This document shows positions 18,750 to 29,017 of a stretch of DNA of 52,984 nt, one piece after another. The DNA comes from Candidatus Yonathbacteria bacterium (GTDB taxonomy: Bacteria > Patescibacteriota > Minisyncoccia > Phycocordibacterales > JACNGX01). Location: NCBI GenBank assembly GCA_013334825.1, contig JAAXWR010000002.1, forward strand, positions 100,025 to 153,008, written 5' to 3'. The notes below the pieces were generated by a model. The model was not told the origin of the DNA, did no database searches, and worked only from the letters and a program-made list of their open reading frames with translations. Position 1 is the first letter of the stretch; every line of letters begins with the position of its first letter. The position numbers and the translations under genes are program-made.

Positions 18750-19286
18750 ATGTTCAATTTTTTTAAAAAATCAAAAAATATAGAAGAAAAATGTGAAGAG
18801 GTGCATGTTGTTCGTATAACTCCTGCACACCGTGTGTTTACAATGGAATATGCAAGGCGCCTGTATGGCACGGTAACGGATCCAGATCAAATTCCTATCA
18901 CTGATGAGACTCATGAGCGTATTGTGCGTATTCACCCCGATAGTGTCTTGGGTCTTGAAGATGCACAGGGAAACTTGCTTTCTTGGTCGGTATGTTTGCC
19001 GACGACGCGAGAACTCGCTGATCTCTTTTGTGAGGGAACGATTACCGAGAAAGAATTATTTGAGCGAACACCTGTTGGCGCAACGTATGATGCACTTTAT
19101 TTGTGTTCTATTATCACCTTGCCTGAGTTTCAACGTAAGGGATATGCAAGCACACTTCTTCGTGAAGGGATTGCGCGTTTCCCCGAAGCAAACACATATC
19201 TATTTGCCTGGGCGTGGAGCGAGGAAGGAAAAGCGCTTATTCGTTTTACAGAAAGAAATGGGCATACAATACGACTGAGAAAGTGA
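18750..19286 (+). CDS. GNAT family acetyltransferase
   Basis: LPEFQRKGYASTLL acetyl-CoA binding motif. Confidence 0.75.
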   Translation: MFNFFKKSKNIEEKCEEVHVVRITPAHRVFTMEYARRLYGTVTDPDQIPITDETHERIVRIHPDSVLGLEDAQGNLLSWSVCLPTTRELADLFCEGTITEKELFERTPVGATYDALYLCSIITLPEFQRKGYASTLLREGIARFPEANTYLFAWAWSEEGKALIRFTERNGHTIRLRK

Positions 19287-19339
19287 AAGTTTTTGTGTTA
19301 TACTAGCCTCTTACGAACGAATCTCTCGTCTCTTTTTCT

Positions 19340-19500
19340 TTTTATGGTCTCGTTTATAGTTTATCGTTTACCGTTTTCTTCTTCATAATTTGCCTTTCGT
19401 ATTCTTGATTCGTGCTTCTTGATTCCCTGCACCACGTAGGATGCAGGGCACGCTTAATTCGAGTGTCCGCCCCTATCACCTCTAACCTATTTCCTCATTT
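19340..19500 (+). repeat. Dispersed heptamer-mosaic repeat with a palindromic core
   Basis: ccctgcaccacgtaggatgcaggg at 19425-19448; 66/69 match to the reverse complement of ~26469-26537. Confidence 0.85.
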
Positions 19501-19501
19501 T

Positions 19502-20908
19502 ATGTCCAAACTCCTCGAAGGTCCCATCATCACATCACTGCTTGCGCTCGCGGTGCCTATCGTACTTGCCAACATCTTGCAAACCGCATATCAGCTCACG
19601 GACGCTTTTTGGGTCGGACGTCTCGGGGGAGCGGCAGTTGCCGCCGTGTCGGTGTCATTTCCTATCACCTTTCTTCTTATTGCTCTTGGTGGCGGACTTG
19701 CGATTGCTGGCTCTACGTTGATTGCGCAGTACACGGGAGCAAAGAATAAAGAAATGGTCAGTCATGTCGCGGCACAAACGCTTCTCATGGTGTCTGTTGT
19801 GTCTGTCGTTCTCGGTATTATCGGGTATACACTTGCTCCGAGTATCTTGCGTCTTATGGGCGTGACATCTGATGTGTATACTGATGCGCTTGGTTTCATG
19901 CGTGTATCGTTCGTGGGAATCTTGTTCACCTTTATCACTATTATGTTCCAGTCGATTATGCGCGGTATCGGCAAGGCGACATTGCCCATGTATATCGTGT
20001 TGGTAACAGTCGTGCTCAACTTCGCGCTTGATCCATTCTTTATCTTTGGATGGGGAGGATTTCCCGCCTATGGCGTAGCGGGTGCCGCTCTCGCGACATT
20101 TGTGACACAAGCGCTTGCTGCTGTTGCCGGATTGGTCGTTCTTTTTGGTGGTAGACATGGTATCCATTTGAAGGTAAAGGATTTTACTCCTGATGTGCCA
20201 TTTATGCGCAAAGCATTTTTTCTTGGACTGCCTGCATCTATTGAACAATCAACACGCGCGCTTTCAATGACTGTCATGACATTTCTTATTACGAGTTTTG
20301 GTACACTCGCTATTGCTGGGTATGGTGTCGGTTCGAATGTTATTCAGCTTGTCATTATTCCGTCACTTGGTTTATCGATGGCTGTCTCGGCGCTTGTTGG
20401 CCAGAATATTGGTGCAGGGAACATGAAGCGTGCGGAGGATATTGCGCGTCTTGGAGCGATGATTTCATTTGTGGCACTTTCTGTTATTGGTGTCATCTCA
20501 TATATTTTTGCACCTCATATCATGGGATTTTTCGTACCTGGAGATGTGGCTACCATCGCAGTTGGTGTGTCATTTGTCCATGCAGTTGCGCTTACATTTG
20601 GCTTCATAGGTATTCAAATGGCGCTTCTTGGCGTGTTTCGTGCGTCTGGTAATATGATGACAACCATGATTCTGACGCTTGTATCGCAATGGGTACTTCA
20701 ATTTCCTCTTGCATATATTCTTTCCAAACATACTTCGCTCGGTGTGAACGGTATTTGGTGGGCATTTCCACTTACAAATATTCTTACAACGGCAATTACT
20801 ATTCTTTGGTATATGAAGGGAGATTGGAAGAACAAAAAATTGACGAAGGAAGAAAAAATTGAAGAAACTGTTTCCGAAGAAATTTTTGTGGAGGAAGGAG
20901 TGAGATAG
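19502..20908 (+). CDS. MATE family efflux transporter
   Basis: LAVPIVLANILQ..D.FWVG, NFALDPFFIFG, GVAGAALAT; two-fold repeat, about 12 TM segments. Confidence 0.95.
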   Translation: MSKLLEGPIITSLLALAVPIVLANILQTAYQLTDAFWVGRLGGAAVAAVSVSFPITFLLIALGGGLAIAGSTLIAQYTGAKNKEMVSHVAAQTLLMVSVVSVVLGIIGYTLAPSILRLMGVTSDVYTDALGFMRVSFVGILFTFITIMFQSIMRGIGKATLPMYIVLVTVVLNFALDPFFIFGWGGFPAYGVAGAALATFVTQALAAVAGLVVLFGGRHGIHLKVKDFTPDVPFMRKAFFLGLPASIEQSTRALSMTVMTFLITSFGTLAIAGYGVGSNVIQLVIIPSLGLSMAVSALVGQNIGAGNMKRAEDIARLGAMISFVALSVIGVISYIFAPHIMGFFVPGDVATIAVGVSFVHAVALTFGFIGIQMALLGVFRASGNMMTTMILTLVSQWVLQFPLAYILSKHTSLGVNGIWWAFPLTNILTTAITILWYMKGDWKNKKLTKEEKIEETVSEEIFVEEGVR

Positions 20909-20981
20909 ACGATGAGTTTTTGCATTCCGTGTATGTTAAATGGTTTGTATATCAAACAAAAAACCGCGCGAGGCGGTCGTG

Positions 20982-21338
20982 TTACGGTGCGGACATGCGA
21001 GGAGTACAGAGAGAAATGAGTTTCTCCGTAGGCCTATATTCGTCCGTATTCGGGAAGAAGGGGTTTCCCGGATTTTTTTTAAAGTACCCTTGACGCGTCA
21101 TGGCTTCAAGGATTTGTTTGTCGGTCTCCCTATATTTCCATCTTCGTGTGTGGCGGATATATTTCCCGAAGGGAAACGCTACCCACCTATTGAGGTATTG
21201 GCGGGAAAGCAAATCAACAATTCCCTGTAATACAGGGATATAGACTATATTTATGTCTATATCTTGGGGGAATTGGGATACGTCTGATGGACGTATCAGT
21301 TGTTCGTTAGTCGCAACAGGATGTATGGTCATATTCAC
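20982..21338 (-). CDS. Hypothetical protein (orphan cassette)
   Basis: 118-aa ORF, TTGACA promoter at ~21401, terminator at ~20960; start codon uncertain. Confidence 0.6.
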   Translation of the reverse strand: MNMTIHPVATNEQLIRPSDVSQFPQDIDINIVYIPVLQGIVDLLSRQYLNRWVAFPFGKYIRHTRRWKYRETDKQILEAMTRQGYFKKNPGNPFFPNTDEYRPTEKLISLCTPRMSAP

Positions 21339-21531
21339 ATTTTTTTGTGGGAAAAGCTACTCATCTAAATGGATGATACATGATATATTTTAATGTGTCA
21401 ATGTCTCATATAGTAAGATATGTGGGTGGAAAGTTACTAAAATTTTCTCTGTTTATAGCAAAAAATAAGCCGTATGTGAATAAGAAAAACAGCAGAGCAT
21501 TATATGCCCTGCTGTTTTTTGATGTTTAGTA

Positions 21532-22269
21532 TTACTTCAAACTGAACGTTGTTTTAACTGTTACCATGACTTCTTTATCAATACTCCCTGTGTCATACAT
21601 GCCGTAGTCAGAGACATCGACAGTTCCTGCGGGCATAACTTGAACAACACCCATGGAGACAGATTTGATAGAGTCTACTGTCTTACCACTACTTGTCGCG
21701 ATGGCTTCGGCTCGTTTTTTTGCATCAGCAATAGCATCGGGGAGCAGTGTGACGCGAAGCTCAGGAAGTGCTTGATAGTAATATTCCACCATACCCGCTG
21801 AGAATATAACACCATGAGTGGCAAGCGTTGAGCTTTCTTTGGCGAGGGCAGTCATCTTGTCAACATCATCGAGCTTTACTTCAACACTCTGAACGAGATT
21901 ATATTCTTTTGGCGCATTGGTGTCGTTTTTCCAAATTTCATTGGAAAAGACAGGAGAGATGGTAATATTTTCTGAGGGAACTCCTTGTCCTGTGAGGAAT
22001 GCAACTACTGCTTGTTCATCTGCTTTCATTTGCGCGTACCCTGTGGACATGCCAGACACCGTAACGGTACGTGAAAAGGATCCAGTCCAACGGGCAGAGT
22101 CAGCACGAACTTCTTGCTTGGCGGAACCAGAGACGGTGATAACATTGTCCATTGATTTTACAACAACGAACGTGCGCGCGACGATGATTGTCCCGATAAT
22201 AAGAGAAAGACCAAGGAGTGCTCCTAGTATGGGGAGTCCGAGATTACGTTCAGGAGAAAAGATGTTCAT
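21532..22269 (-). CDS. SIMPL (DUF541) domain protein
   Basis: N-terminal TM, ITVSGSA..EVRAD.A, AIADAKKRAEAIA, KEVMVTV..TF. Confidence 0.88.
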   Translation of the reverse strand: MNIFSPERNLGLPILGALLGLSLIIGTIIVARTFVVVKSMDNVITVSGSAKQEVRADSARWTGSFSRTVTVSGMSTGYAQMKADEQAVVAFLTGQGVPSENITISPVFSNEIWKNDTNAPKEYNLVQSVEVKLDDVDKMTALAKESSTLATHGVIFSAGMVEYYYQALPELRVTLLPDAIADAKKRAEAIATSSGKTVDSIKSVSMGVVQVMPAGTVDVSDYGMYDTGSIDKEVMVTVKTTFSLK

Positions 22270-22421
22270 AATAAAAAGAGATATGAATAAATGTGTATGC
22301 TGTATAGTGTAGCGTATTTGAGGGAGAGTGCAAGAGAGACACAGAAAGGTGCAGATTATGCGCGGAAACACACGGAATCAATATCTTGTATATACAAAAA
22401 AGCAGGCATACGCCTGCTTAG

Positions 22422-22859
22422 CTATGTCTCTGTGGGTATACACATCTTCCAGTAGTATCTGAATCCACAAGTGGTATCGATGTGGAATTCAAAGACGTCT
22501 GTATCATTTGCAAGAGAATCAAATATTAGACCAGTTCCGATACCACAATTGGGGGAAATATGATGTTTTGAAGAATATCCTGATTTACTGACAATATCCC
22601 AATCATATGGCTCATTATCATAATCAAAGATATCAAATGTGAGGATACTTTCATATTTTTTTATGAAACATATTCCTCTACCAGTCTCTGTGTGATCATA
22701 GATATTTTTTAATATTTCTTTTATGGTTAAAAAGACATTTGAAAAGGACAGCTCGACACCTAATGCATTGAATAGAGTTTTGTACGCTTTTATATTTATA
22801 AATTCTGAACGTTTTTTATCTTTTCGATCAAGGTGTATGGTTATTTCGATATGTTCCAT
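22422..22859 (-). CDS. Stand-alone GHKL/HATPase_c-like protein
   Basis: EILKNIYDH (N box), DIFDYD (G1-like), GYSSK, GIGTGLI (G2). Confidence 0.6.
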   Translation of the reverse strand: MEHIEITIHLDRKDKKRSEFINIKAYKTLFNALGVELSFSNVFLTIKEILKNIYDHTETGRGICFIKKYESILTFDIFDYDNEPYDWDIVSKSGYSSKHHISPNCGIGTGLIFDSLANDTDVFEFHIDTTCGFRYYWKMCIPTET

Positions 22860-22942
22860 CGTGGTTATTTTTTTGTTTACGTTTGACTGAAAGCAACAAT
22901 AGCACATTCTTTCTCAATTGCAATGATATTTTATCAATATGT

Positions 22943-22988
22943 TATTTCGTCCTCCTCCACACAAGTGCAAAGAGGAAGATGAGTACTG
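22943..22988 (-). repeat. 46-bp exact copy of the znuB 3' end
   Basis: Identical to 23867-23912. Confidence 0.95.
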
Positions 22989-23072
22989 GCAGAATGATGG
23001 GGTTGTACAGATAGAGTGTTGTCTACAAAAAACCGAGGAATCATTCCTCGGTGATGTCATATAGCTAAGTTT

Positions 23073-23783
23073 TTATTTCCCATCAGCACCTCTTTTTTTC
23101 AAAGCTTCAAACTGTTTTCTTTGTCGTTCCATATAGCCTGAAAGCAGTTGAGCATTTGTTTTGAGAAGATGTGTTGTAACAGATTCAATTGTCACATTAG
23201 GAACAACTTTCTCCATTTTTTCTTTCAATATGGAAAAATTATCGGGTTCTATAAAAGATGTTCCGAGACAGAGAATCAATTTTGGGAGAAAACAATCTAA
23301 TGTATGAAGTGAGATTGTTACTTCCTCCGCCGTTTCTCCCCAGCAAAGGATTTTATCACTCTTTAACATAAGATAACCGAAAGTGTCAGAAAAGACAAAA
23401 TCAGACATCATGATAACGATGTCAAACTTTTTTTCGATTTGCATTATATTTTTGTTAAAAAATATATCTGCTCTTTCAGTGTTCGAGCATCTGTCATTTG
23501 CTTTTTCTGGTTTTTCTAAACCAACAAAGATAGGTATCTCAGTTTCAGTAAGATACCCAAATGGAGATGAAAAATCATCTTCCGTCAGGGCGCGTTCAAT
23601 CCAAGGCAGTTTCTTTGAATTTGAATTTGGTATTAAAAATTTATTTGCAATCATACTATGTCGATAGATTCTCGACATATCGATAATTGCAAGTCGTTTT
23701 CCTGATGTTGAAAGCTGTACTGCTAAAGCATAGCAGTAATAAACGGGCGATTGATCACCAAGACTAATAACACTGAGTATCAT
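23073..23783 (-). CDS. Degenerate ParA/MinD-like protein
   Basis: LAVQLSTSGKRLAIIDM and KKFDIVIM match the ParA topology; Walker A is absent. Confidence 0.5.
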   Translation of the reverse strand: MILSVISLGDQSPVYYCYALAVQLSTSGKRLAIIDMSRIYRHSMIANKFLIPNSNSKKLPWIERALTEDDFSSPFGYLTETEIPIFVGLEKPEKANDRCSNTERADIFFNKNIMQIEKKFDIVIMMSDFVFSDTFGYLMLKSDKILCWGETAEEVTISLHTLDCFLPKLILCLGTSFIEPDNFSILKEKMEKVVPNVTIESVTTHLLKTNAQLLSGYMERQRKQFEALKKRGADGK

Positions 23784-23865
23784 GGGATAATATTTTATTT
23801 TTATGAAAAAGGACGATATTTTTTTATAGCATGGTTAATATTTTTTGTCAATTTTTATATGATAG

Positions 23866-24672
23866 CTATTTCGTCCTCCTCCACACAAGTGCAAAGAGGA
23901 AGATGAGTACTGATAAGAGAACAATAGTGGCGCCAGTGGGGATGTCGGCAAAAAATGAGAGTGTGATACCGATAAGAATAACGCTTATAGCAAGGAACAC
24001 AGAAAGAGTCATTGCACCACCAAAGCTCTTGGCCAGCTGAAGTGCGGTAACAGCAGGAATGACAAGAAGCGCTGAAACAAGAAGAACGCCAACTGCTTTG
24101 ATGGAGAGAACAACAGCAATGCCGGTGAGTGCCATGAGAAGCGCTTCGATAAGTTTCGTGTGAATACCACTTGCACGCGCAAGTGATTCATCGAATGTTG
24201 TGAGGAAAAATGTGTGATAATTGACGAGGACAAGAACTGCTACTATGACAGAAAGTGCTGCGGCAAAAACAATTTCCCATGTCGCGACAGCGAGGATATT
24301 ACCAAAAAGATAGGAAAAAAGGTCCACGTTAAAGCCTTGTGCCATACTGGCAAGAAGTACTCCTCCTGCCACGCCTGTTGCTGATATGATACCAATTGCC
24401 GCATCACCAAAAAGTGTCGCGCGTTCGGTGAGTTTCCCTATACCAAGTGAGGCAAGGACGACAATAGGAACAGCGACCACAAAAGGATACATGCCCATGA
24501 CCATGCCGAGAGCAATTGCGCCGAATGATACGTGTGCGAGACCATCACCGATGAGCGCACGATTGCGGAGAACAAGAAGAAGTCCGAGCATGCCCGCGAG
24601 TGCGCCGATACACACACCTACGATATAGGCATGCATGATAAATCCATAAGAAAAAAGTGAGAATATATCCAT
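23866..24672 (-). CDS. znuB: Zn/Mn ABC transporter permease
   Basis: GDGLAHVSFG, YLFGNIL, FDE..A...G, VG.LLVSALLVIPA, DIPTGATIV. Confidence 0.92.
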   Translation of the reverse strand: MDIFSLFSYGFIMHAYIVGVCIGALAGMLGLLLVLRNRALIGDGLAHVSFGAIALGMVMGMYPFVVAVPIVVLASLGIGKLTERATLFGDAAIGIISATGVAGGVLLASMAQGFNVDLFSYLFGNILAVATWEIVFAAALSVIVAVLVLVNYHTFFLTTFDESLARASGIHTKLIEALLMALTGIAVVLSIKAVGVLLVSALLVIPAVTALQLAKSFGGAMTLSVFLAISVILIGITLSFFADIPTGATIVLLSVLIFLFALVWRRTK

Positions 24673-24673
24673 A

Positions 24674-25438
24674 TTAGTGTTCTGTGTGGGGATGATTGAA
24701 GAGGTGCTCTCCCGCGATATCTCCACCAAAATAATTGCGCAAGACGTCATCCTTACAAGAGCCGTCAAAAGGTCCGGAGAAAATAACTTTTTTGTCGAGG
24801 AAAAGAAGTGTGTCCGCGTATTGTCCGATATGCGCGGTATCGTGCGTTATCATGAGAATGGTAACACCACGTGCATGTTCGTCTTTGAGAAACGAAAAGA
24901 TGTGCGAACGTGTTTCTTGATCGAGTGCTGTTGAAGGTTCGTCAAGAATGAGCAAGTCAGGACGCGCGACAATAGCGCGTGCCAGAAGCATACGTTGTTT
25001 TTGTCCTCCGGAAAGCGCATGAACAGATGTGTCGCTTTTGTCTGTCATGCCGACACGTGCAAGTGCGTCTTGTACACGCGTTTTGTCTTGGGTGTTATAT
25101 CGTTTTGGGAATCGTTTCTCAGCCAAAAGTCCAGAACGCACAATTTCGGCGACAGTGGCGGGGAAGAGAGGGTTGAAATGACCCGTGTGTTGAGGAAGAT
25201 AGCCGATACGTTCCCATGAGGAAAACGATGTTTGTGGAGTTTCAAAAAGTGTGATGTCTCCTGTATAAGGTGTCGCAAGTCCAAGAAGGACACGAATGAG
25301 GGTCGTTTTGCCTGCACCATTGGGACCAGCAATTGCGACGTATGACCCTTTGAGAACAGAAAAAGAGACATTGCGCAGAGCGGTGTCAGTTTTGGTGTAT
25401 CCAAACGAGAGATTGTTAACAGAGATGATTGGTTGCAT
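24674..25438 (-). CDS. znuC: Zn/Mn ABC transporter ATP-binding protein
   Basis: GPNGAGKT, IGYLPQ, LSGGQKQR, LILDEP, THD. Confidence 0.92.
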   Translation of the reverse strand: MQPIISVNNLSFGYTKTDTALRNVSFSVLKGSYVAIAGPNGAGKTTLIRVLLGLATPYTGDITLFETPQTSFSSWERIGYLPQHTGHFNPLFPATVAEIVRSGLLAEKRFPKRYNTQDKTRVQDALARVGMTDKSDTSVHALSGGQKQRMLLARAIVARPDLLILDEPSTALDQETRSHIFSFLKDEHARGVTILMITHDTAHIGQYADTLLFLDKKVIFSGPFDGSCKDDVLRNYFGGDIAGEHLFNHPHTEH

Positions 25439-25443
25439 ATATG

Positions 25444-26421
25444 TTACTTGCAACGAAGTCCAGCACGGAGTGTCGCAAGATTCGTTTCAAGTATGGTGAT
25501 GAATGAGACACCATTGTCGCGTGCATCTTTACCAATATTTCCCGCCGGGTTTAACATATGTACTGTAGCTCCAGTCTCACGTGCAAGCGTGTCAGCGATA
25601 GCCGGACTTTCAAGTGCATCGGTAAATATTGCTGTTGCGTTTTCTTTTTTTACAATATCAGAAAGAGTAGCAAGCGCTGATGCGGAAGGTTCAGCGTCAG
25701 GGGAATATCCTTGGGCCGCGACATAGTGAAGGTCGAATGCTTCGGCAATGTATCCGAATGCGTAATGACCACCGTAGATGATTGTACGCGTATCACACGA
25801 AGAAAGCCCTGTTTCGTACGCGGCGAACACGGCATCGAGTTTTGCAAGATATGTGTCACGAGCATTGGCGATGTCTACGGAATGAGAGGGAAGCGCTTCT
25901 ACGAGCGCAGTGCCGATATCGTTCGCGATTACATGAGCATTGTGAGGTGAGAGCCAAATATGTGGGTCGCCCGCTTCGTGATCGTGGTCATGTTCTTCCG
26001 CTTCGTGTGCTTCTTCACTCTCATGTGCCTGTTCATCTTCTCCGTCTTCGTGATGAATGTCAGCATGGGTACTCGCATTGACAATAGTCATATGTGATGT
26101 ATCAATACCTGCAAGTAAATCAGCAACCCATGGTTCCATAAAAGGACCTGTATAGATAAACACATCTGCATGGGTAATTGCCATAATGTCAGAGGGTGTT
26201 GGTTCGTAGTTGTGTGGACTCATGCCGGGAGGAAGAAGGAGCGTTGTCTCAGTATATGTACCACCGATTTCACGTGCCATATCATAAAGTGGAAATAGTG
26301 TCGTTACTACGAAAAGTTTTTCCGAAGGTTTTGTGGAGGACGTATTTTGGATGATGAAGGTAAGAGCACCAAATATAATAACAAGCGTGACGATAATAAG
26401 TATGAGACGAGAGGTAGACAT
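25444..26421 (-). CDS. znuA: Zn ABC transporter substrate-binding protein
   Basis: PHNYEPTPSD, His/Glu-rich loop, DPHIWLSP, HYAFGY. Confidence 0.92.
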   Translation of the reverse strand: MSTSRLILIIVTLVIIFGALTFIIQNTSSTKPSEKLFVVTTLFPLYDMAREIGGTYTETTLLLPPGMSPHNYEPTPSDIMAITHADVFIYTGPFMEPWVADLLAGIDTSHMTIVNASTHADIHHEDGEDEQAHESEEAHEAEEHDHDHEAGDPHIWLSPHNAHVIANDIGTALVEALPSHSVDIANARDTYLAKLDAVFAAYETGLSSCDTRTIIYGGHYAFGYIAEAFDLHYVAAQGYSPDAEPSASALATLSDIVKKENATAIFTDALESPAIADTLARETGATVHMLNPAGNIGKDARDNGVSFITILETNLATLRAGLRCK

Positions 26422-26429
26422 AGTATATG

Positions 26430-26670
26430 GGGAAATAGGTTATAAATATAGGAAAGAGGTTAGAGGAACGGACATTCGAATCAAGCGTGCCCTGCATCCT
26501 ACGTGGTGCAGGGAATCACGAAGCACGAATCAAGAATTAAGGGTTACGAAGTACGAACTTGTACGAACATACGAAACGAGACGGGAATCAAGAATACGAG
26601 AGGCGAATGAAGAAATATGAACGTAGGAAATAGGTTAGAGGTGATAGGTTATAGGGACAGACGGGAAGCA
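26430..26670 (-). repeat. Dispersed heptamer-mosaic repeat with a palindromic core
   Basis: Core at 26490-26513; gaatcac/gaagcac/gaatcaa and ggttaga/ggtgata/ggttata units. Confidence 0.85.
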
Positions 26671-26755
26671 TGCTGAGATGTTAGGTTTATTCTTGCGCCT
26701 CACGTTGTGCTTCTCCCTACTGTATAGTATACACGATGCGTCAAGGGGGAGTTTT

Positions 26756-27064
26756 TTAAAGAGTCTGAGAGTCTCGGTGTTCTGTAGTTGGATGATCGAT
26801 GCGGATTGCCAAACCATGTACTACTGCTTGTGCGACTTTTGTACGTGCTGAAGTGAGAATACGTTGGAAAGTACTTTGGGATGTGTGCATTTCCGTGGCG
26901 GCATCTGTCTGCGACGTCCCTTCAGCGTCCGCGAGAGCGAGCGCCTCAAATTCTTCCGCGGAGAGTGTGACCACAGAAAGATTTCGCAAGGGGACACCTT
27001 GTGGTTTGAAATAGTTTGCGCGTGGGTTGCGACGAAGAATACGTTGTCGAGGAGGACGGGGCAT
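26756..27064 (-). CDS. DUF134 (UPF0251) HTH protein
   Basis: MPRP..R, YFKPQGVP, EEFEALAL.D.EG..Q..AA..M..S..TF.RIL..AR.KVA.A.V.G..IRI. Confidence 0.92.
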   Translation of the reverse strand: MPRPPRQRILRRNPRANYFKPQGVPLRNLSVVTLSAEEFEALALADAEGTSQTDAATEMHTSQSTFQRILTSARTKVAQAVVHGLAIRIDHPTTEHRDSQTL

Positions 27065-27258
27065 AAATAAGTGAATGAAAAAACTCAAATCACAAATTCC
27101 AAATCACAAATAATATTGAGTAATCAATAGATTATATAATATGTCTTATTATATATGTTTGAATATTGATATTGTTTGGGATTTGGTGATTGAGATTTGA
27201 ATCGTTACCATGTACGCATTGTCTATCATATCATGTATCGCGTATTTCGGGTATTGAT

Positions 27259-27453
27259 TCAGCCGTTACTGCGTCGGCCACGACCTTGTCCGCGGCCCGT
27301 GCCACGACCTTGTCCGCGTACAGCGCCACGTCCACATCCTGCACCTTGAGCAGGGGACTCTACGGTTGTTCGCTGTTCATTAGCGCAGTTGCCACGTCCA
27401 CGACCTGTTTGGGGACCCTTTCCTTCGGGTCCTGTTCCGTCAAATTGAGGCAT
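27259..27453 (-). CDS. DUF5320 Gly/Arg-rich protein
   Basis: MPQFDGTGPEGKGPQTGRGRGNC signature. Confidence 0.88.
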   Translation of the reverse strand: MPQFDGTGPEGKGPQTGRGRGNCANEQRTTVESPAQGAGCGRGAVRGQGRGTGRGQGRGRRSNG

Positions 27454-27497
27454 AGTGTATGTCATAATGAAAAAGAATAAAGGGTATCGACCATCAC

Positions 27498-27521
27498 TAT
27501 TATGAGTATATACCCATAATA
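27498..27521. promoter_or_regulatory. 24-bp palindromic operator over the DUF5320-DUF134 promoter
   Basis: tattatgagtat|atacccataata (1 mismatch); overlaps minus-strand TTGACT-N18-TATACT. Confidence 0.7.
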
Positions 27522-27621
27522 AAAAGAAGTCAAGTACCTTTACATTTCTCTGTTGATGTTTTTTTATAGTATGCTATAGTCAGCACAGGTGTTGTATTTT
27601 CATCAACTAAAAATAGTGGTT

Positions 27622-28215
27622 ATGAAATTTTTATCAAGAAATCAGTGGATTATTGATCCATTTGTTGAATTTCTTTCTTCTCTCCCTGAAAATGTTGAAA
27701 AGGGAAGAAAGGGATGCACAATTTTTTGTCTCAATTTGGAGACAGGCATTCCTGAAATAAAACAATACGGAAACGATGCACCTGAGAGGAGATTGCTGAC
27801 GGCGCGATATGCGCCAGAGAAAGTTCTCCGTATTATTGAAAAAGATGAGCAGCGCTCAATTTTTAGTGCGAAGGAAGAGAAAAAGAAATTCGGAGGTGGT
27901 GTAAAATCATCATCTTTTGCCATTGCTCCTTCAGGATGGCCGTGGAAACAGGATGAGGTCTTGGGAGTGTTCTTGATTGGGATTCACGCTGTGCAGAGAG
28001 ACATCACAAACTCTTCTTTATTGTCGGTGGATTCTTTTCTTAAGGAACTGTTTCCTTATGTTAAAGATTTTTATGATACTTGCATTTCGGGAAGTACGTA
28101 CCCAAATGAAGAGTTTCAAAAGATTCTCCCGAGATTTTTTGATGTAGGATTCTCCTCTTTTTCTTCTGTGAAACTCAAAGAACAAAAGGAACAATGGTCT
28201 TCTTTTTCTTCGTAA
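27622..28215 (+). CDS. Hypothetical protein, weak GlcG/HbpS-like C-terminal motif
   Basis: FGGGVK...AIAPSGWPWKQDEVL; own promoter and terminator. Confidence 0.55.
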   Translation: MKFLSRNQWIIDPFVEFLSSLPENVEKGRKGCTIFCLNLETGIPEIKQYGNDAPERRLLTARYAPEKVLRIIEKDEQRSIFSAKEEKKKFGGGVKSSSFAIAPSGWPWKQDEVLGVFLIGIHAVQRDITNSSLLSVDSFLKELFPYVKDFYDTCISGSTYPNEEFQKILPRFFDVGFSSFSSVKLKEQKEQWSSFSS

Positions 28216-28331
28216 CCGTGATTCCTCCCCCTCAGGGAGGATTTTTGTTTGTCTTGACATACATACTTTTGTGTGTAAACTTACTGATAGATATGTCTTT
28301 CTTTTTCAAATAAAATAAACTGTGAAAAACT

Positions 28332-28943
28332 ATGAATTTTCAGTTTCCGTTTATGGGTGCGAGTCATCCGTTCGTGCAGGCGCTTCTGGAGGGAATTGGA
28401 AGATTTCCGGGATGTGAAGATGTATCAAAAAATGAAAATATAGTTGTTGCTGTGGGACCTTCTATATTTCGCGACGATTGGTTCACTGGCATTCAGTGGA
28501 TTGCCATGGGAAATCCGTCAGAGGATCAGACTATTTGTCTTCTTGAATCCGCAAAGACTGACATTGCATTATTTCACTTGGGTTTCCCCAAAAAAATAAT
28601 AAGTAATGGCGCTGTGGGAGGAGACGATGTCCTCAATGGACGTGTGTGGTCTGTGGCAGGTTTCCCCAGTGATGAGATGAATGCTGCTTTTGCCCTCTGT
28701 TATGGGGTGATGCAGACACTTCAATTGAATGGAAGAAAAAATGGACTGATACTTCCTGATGCTACTCAGAATACCACCCAAATGCAGATGGAAAGTGTTT
28801 TTTTTGGGCCTGAAATTCTCGAGCAGTGGAAATTGGAAGCAAATTCATTTCTTAATAGACTCACGGTAGATGATGACGACGTTTTTGCAAAAGTCATATC
28901 TACTGTTTGGTCTATTTGTTTCCAAAAAATAAAATTTCATTGA
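28332..28943 (+). CDS. Hypothetical protein, possible distant paralog of the previous gene
   Basis: GAVGG...RVWSVAGFPSDEMNAAFA; TTGACA promoter at 28254; similar terminator. Confidence 0.55.
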   Translation: MNFQFPFMGASHPFVQALLEGIGRFPGCEDVSKNENIVVAVGPSIFRDDWFTGIQWIAMGNPSEDQTICLLESAKTDIALFHLGFPKKIISNGAVGGDDVLNGRVWSVAGFPSDEMNAAFALCYGVMQTLQLNGRKNGLILPDATQNTTQMQMESVFFGPEILEQWKLEANSFLNRLTVDDDDVFAKVISTVWSICFQKIKFH

Positions 28944-29017
28944 AATGGTGTCCTCCTCCTCTCTCGGGGAGGATTTTTGTACTTTCATTAGATTGGTGAA
29001 CATGATAGATTGGAAGT

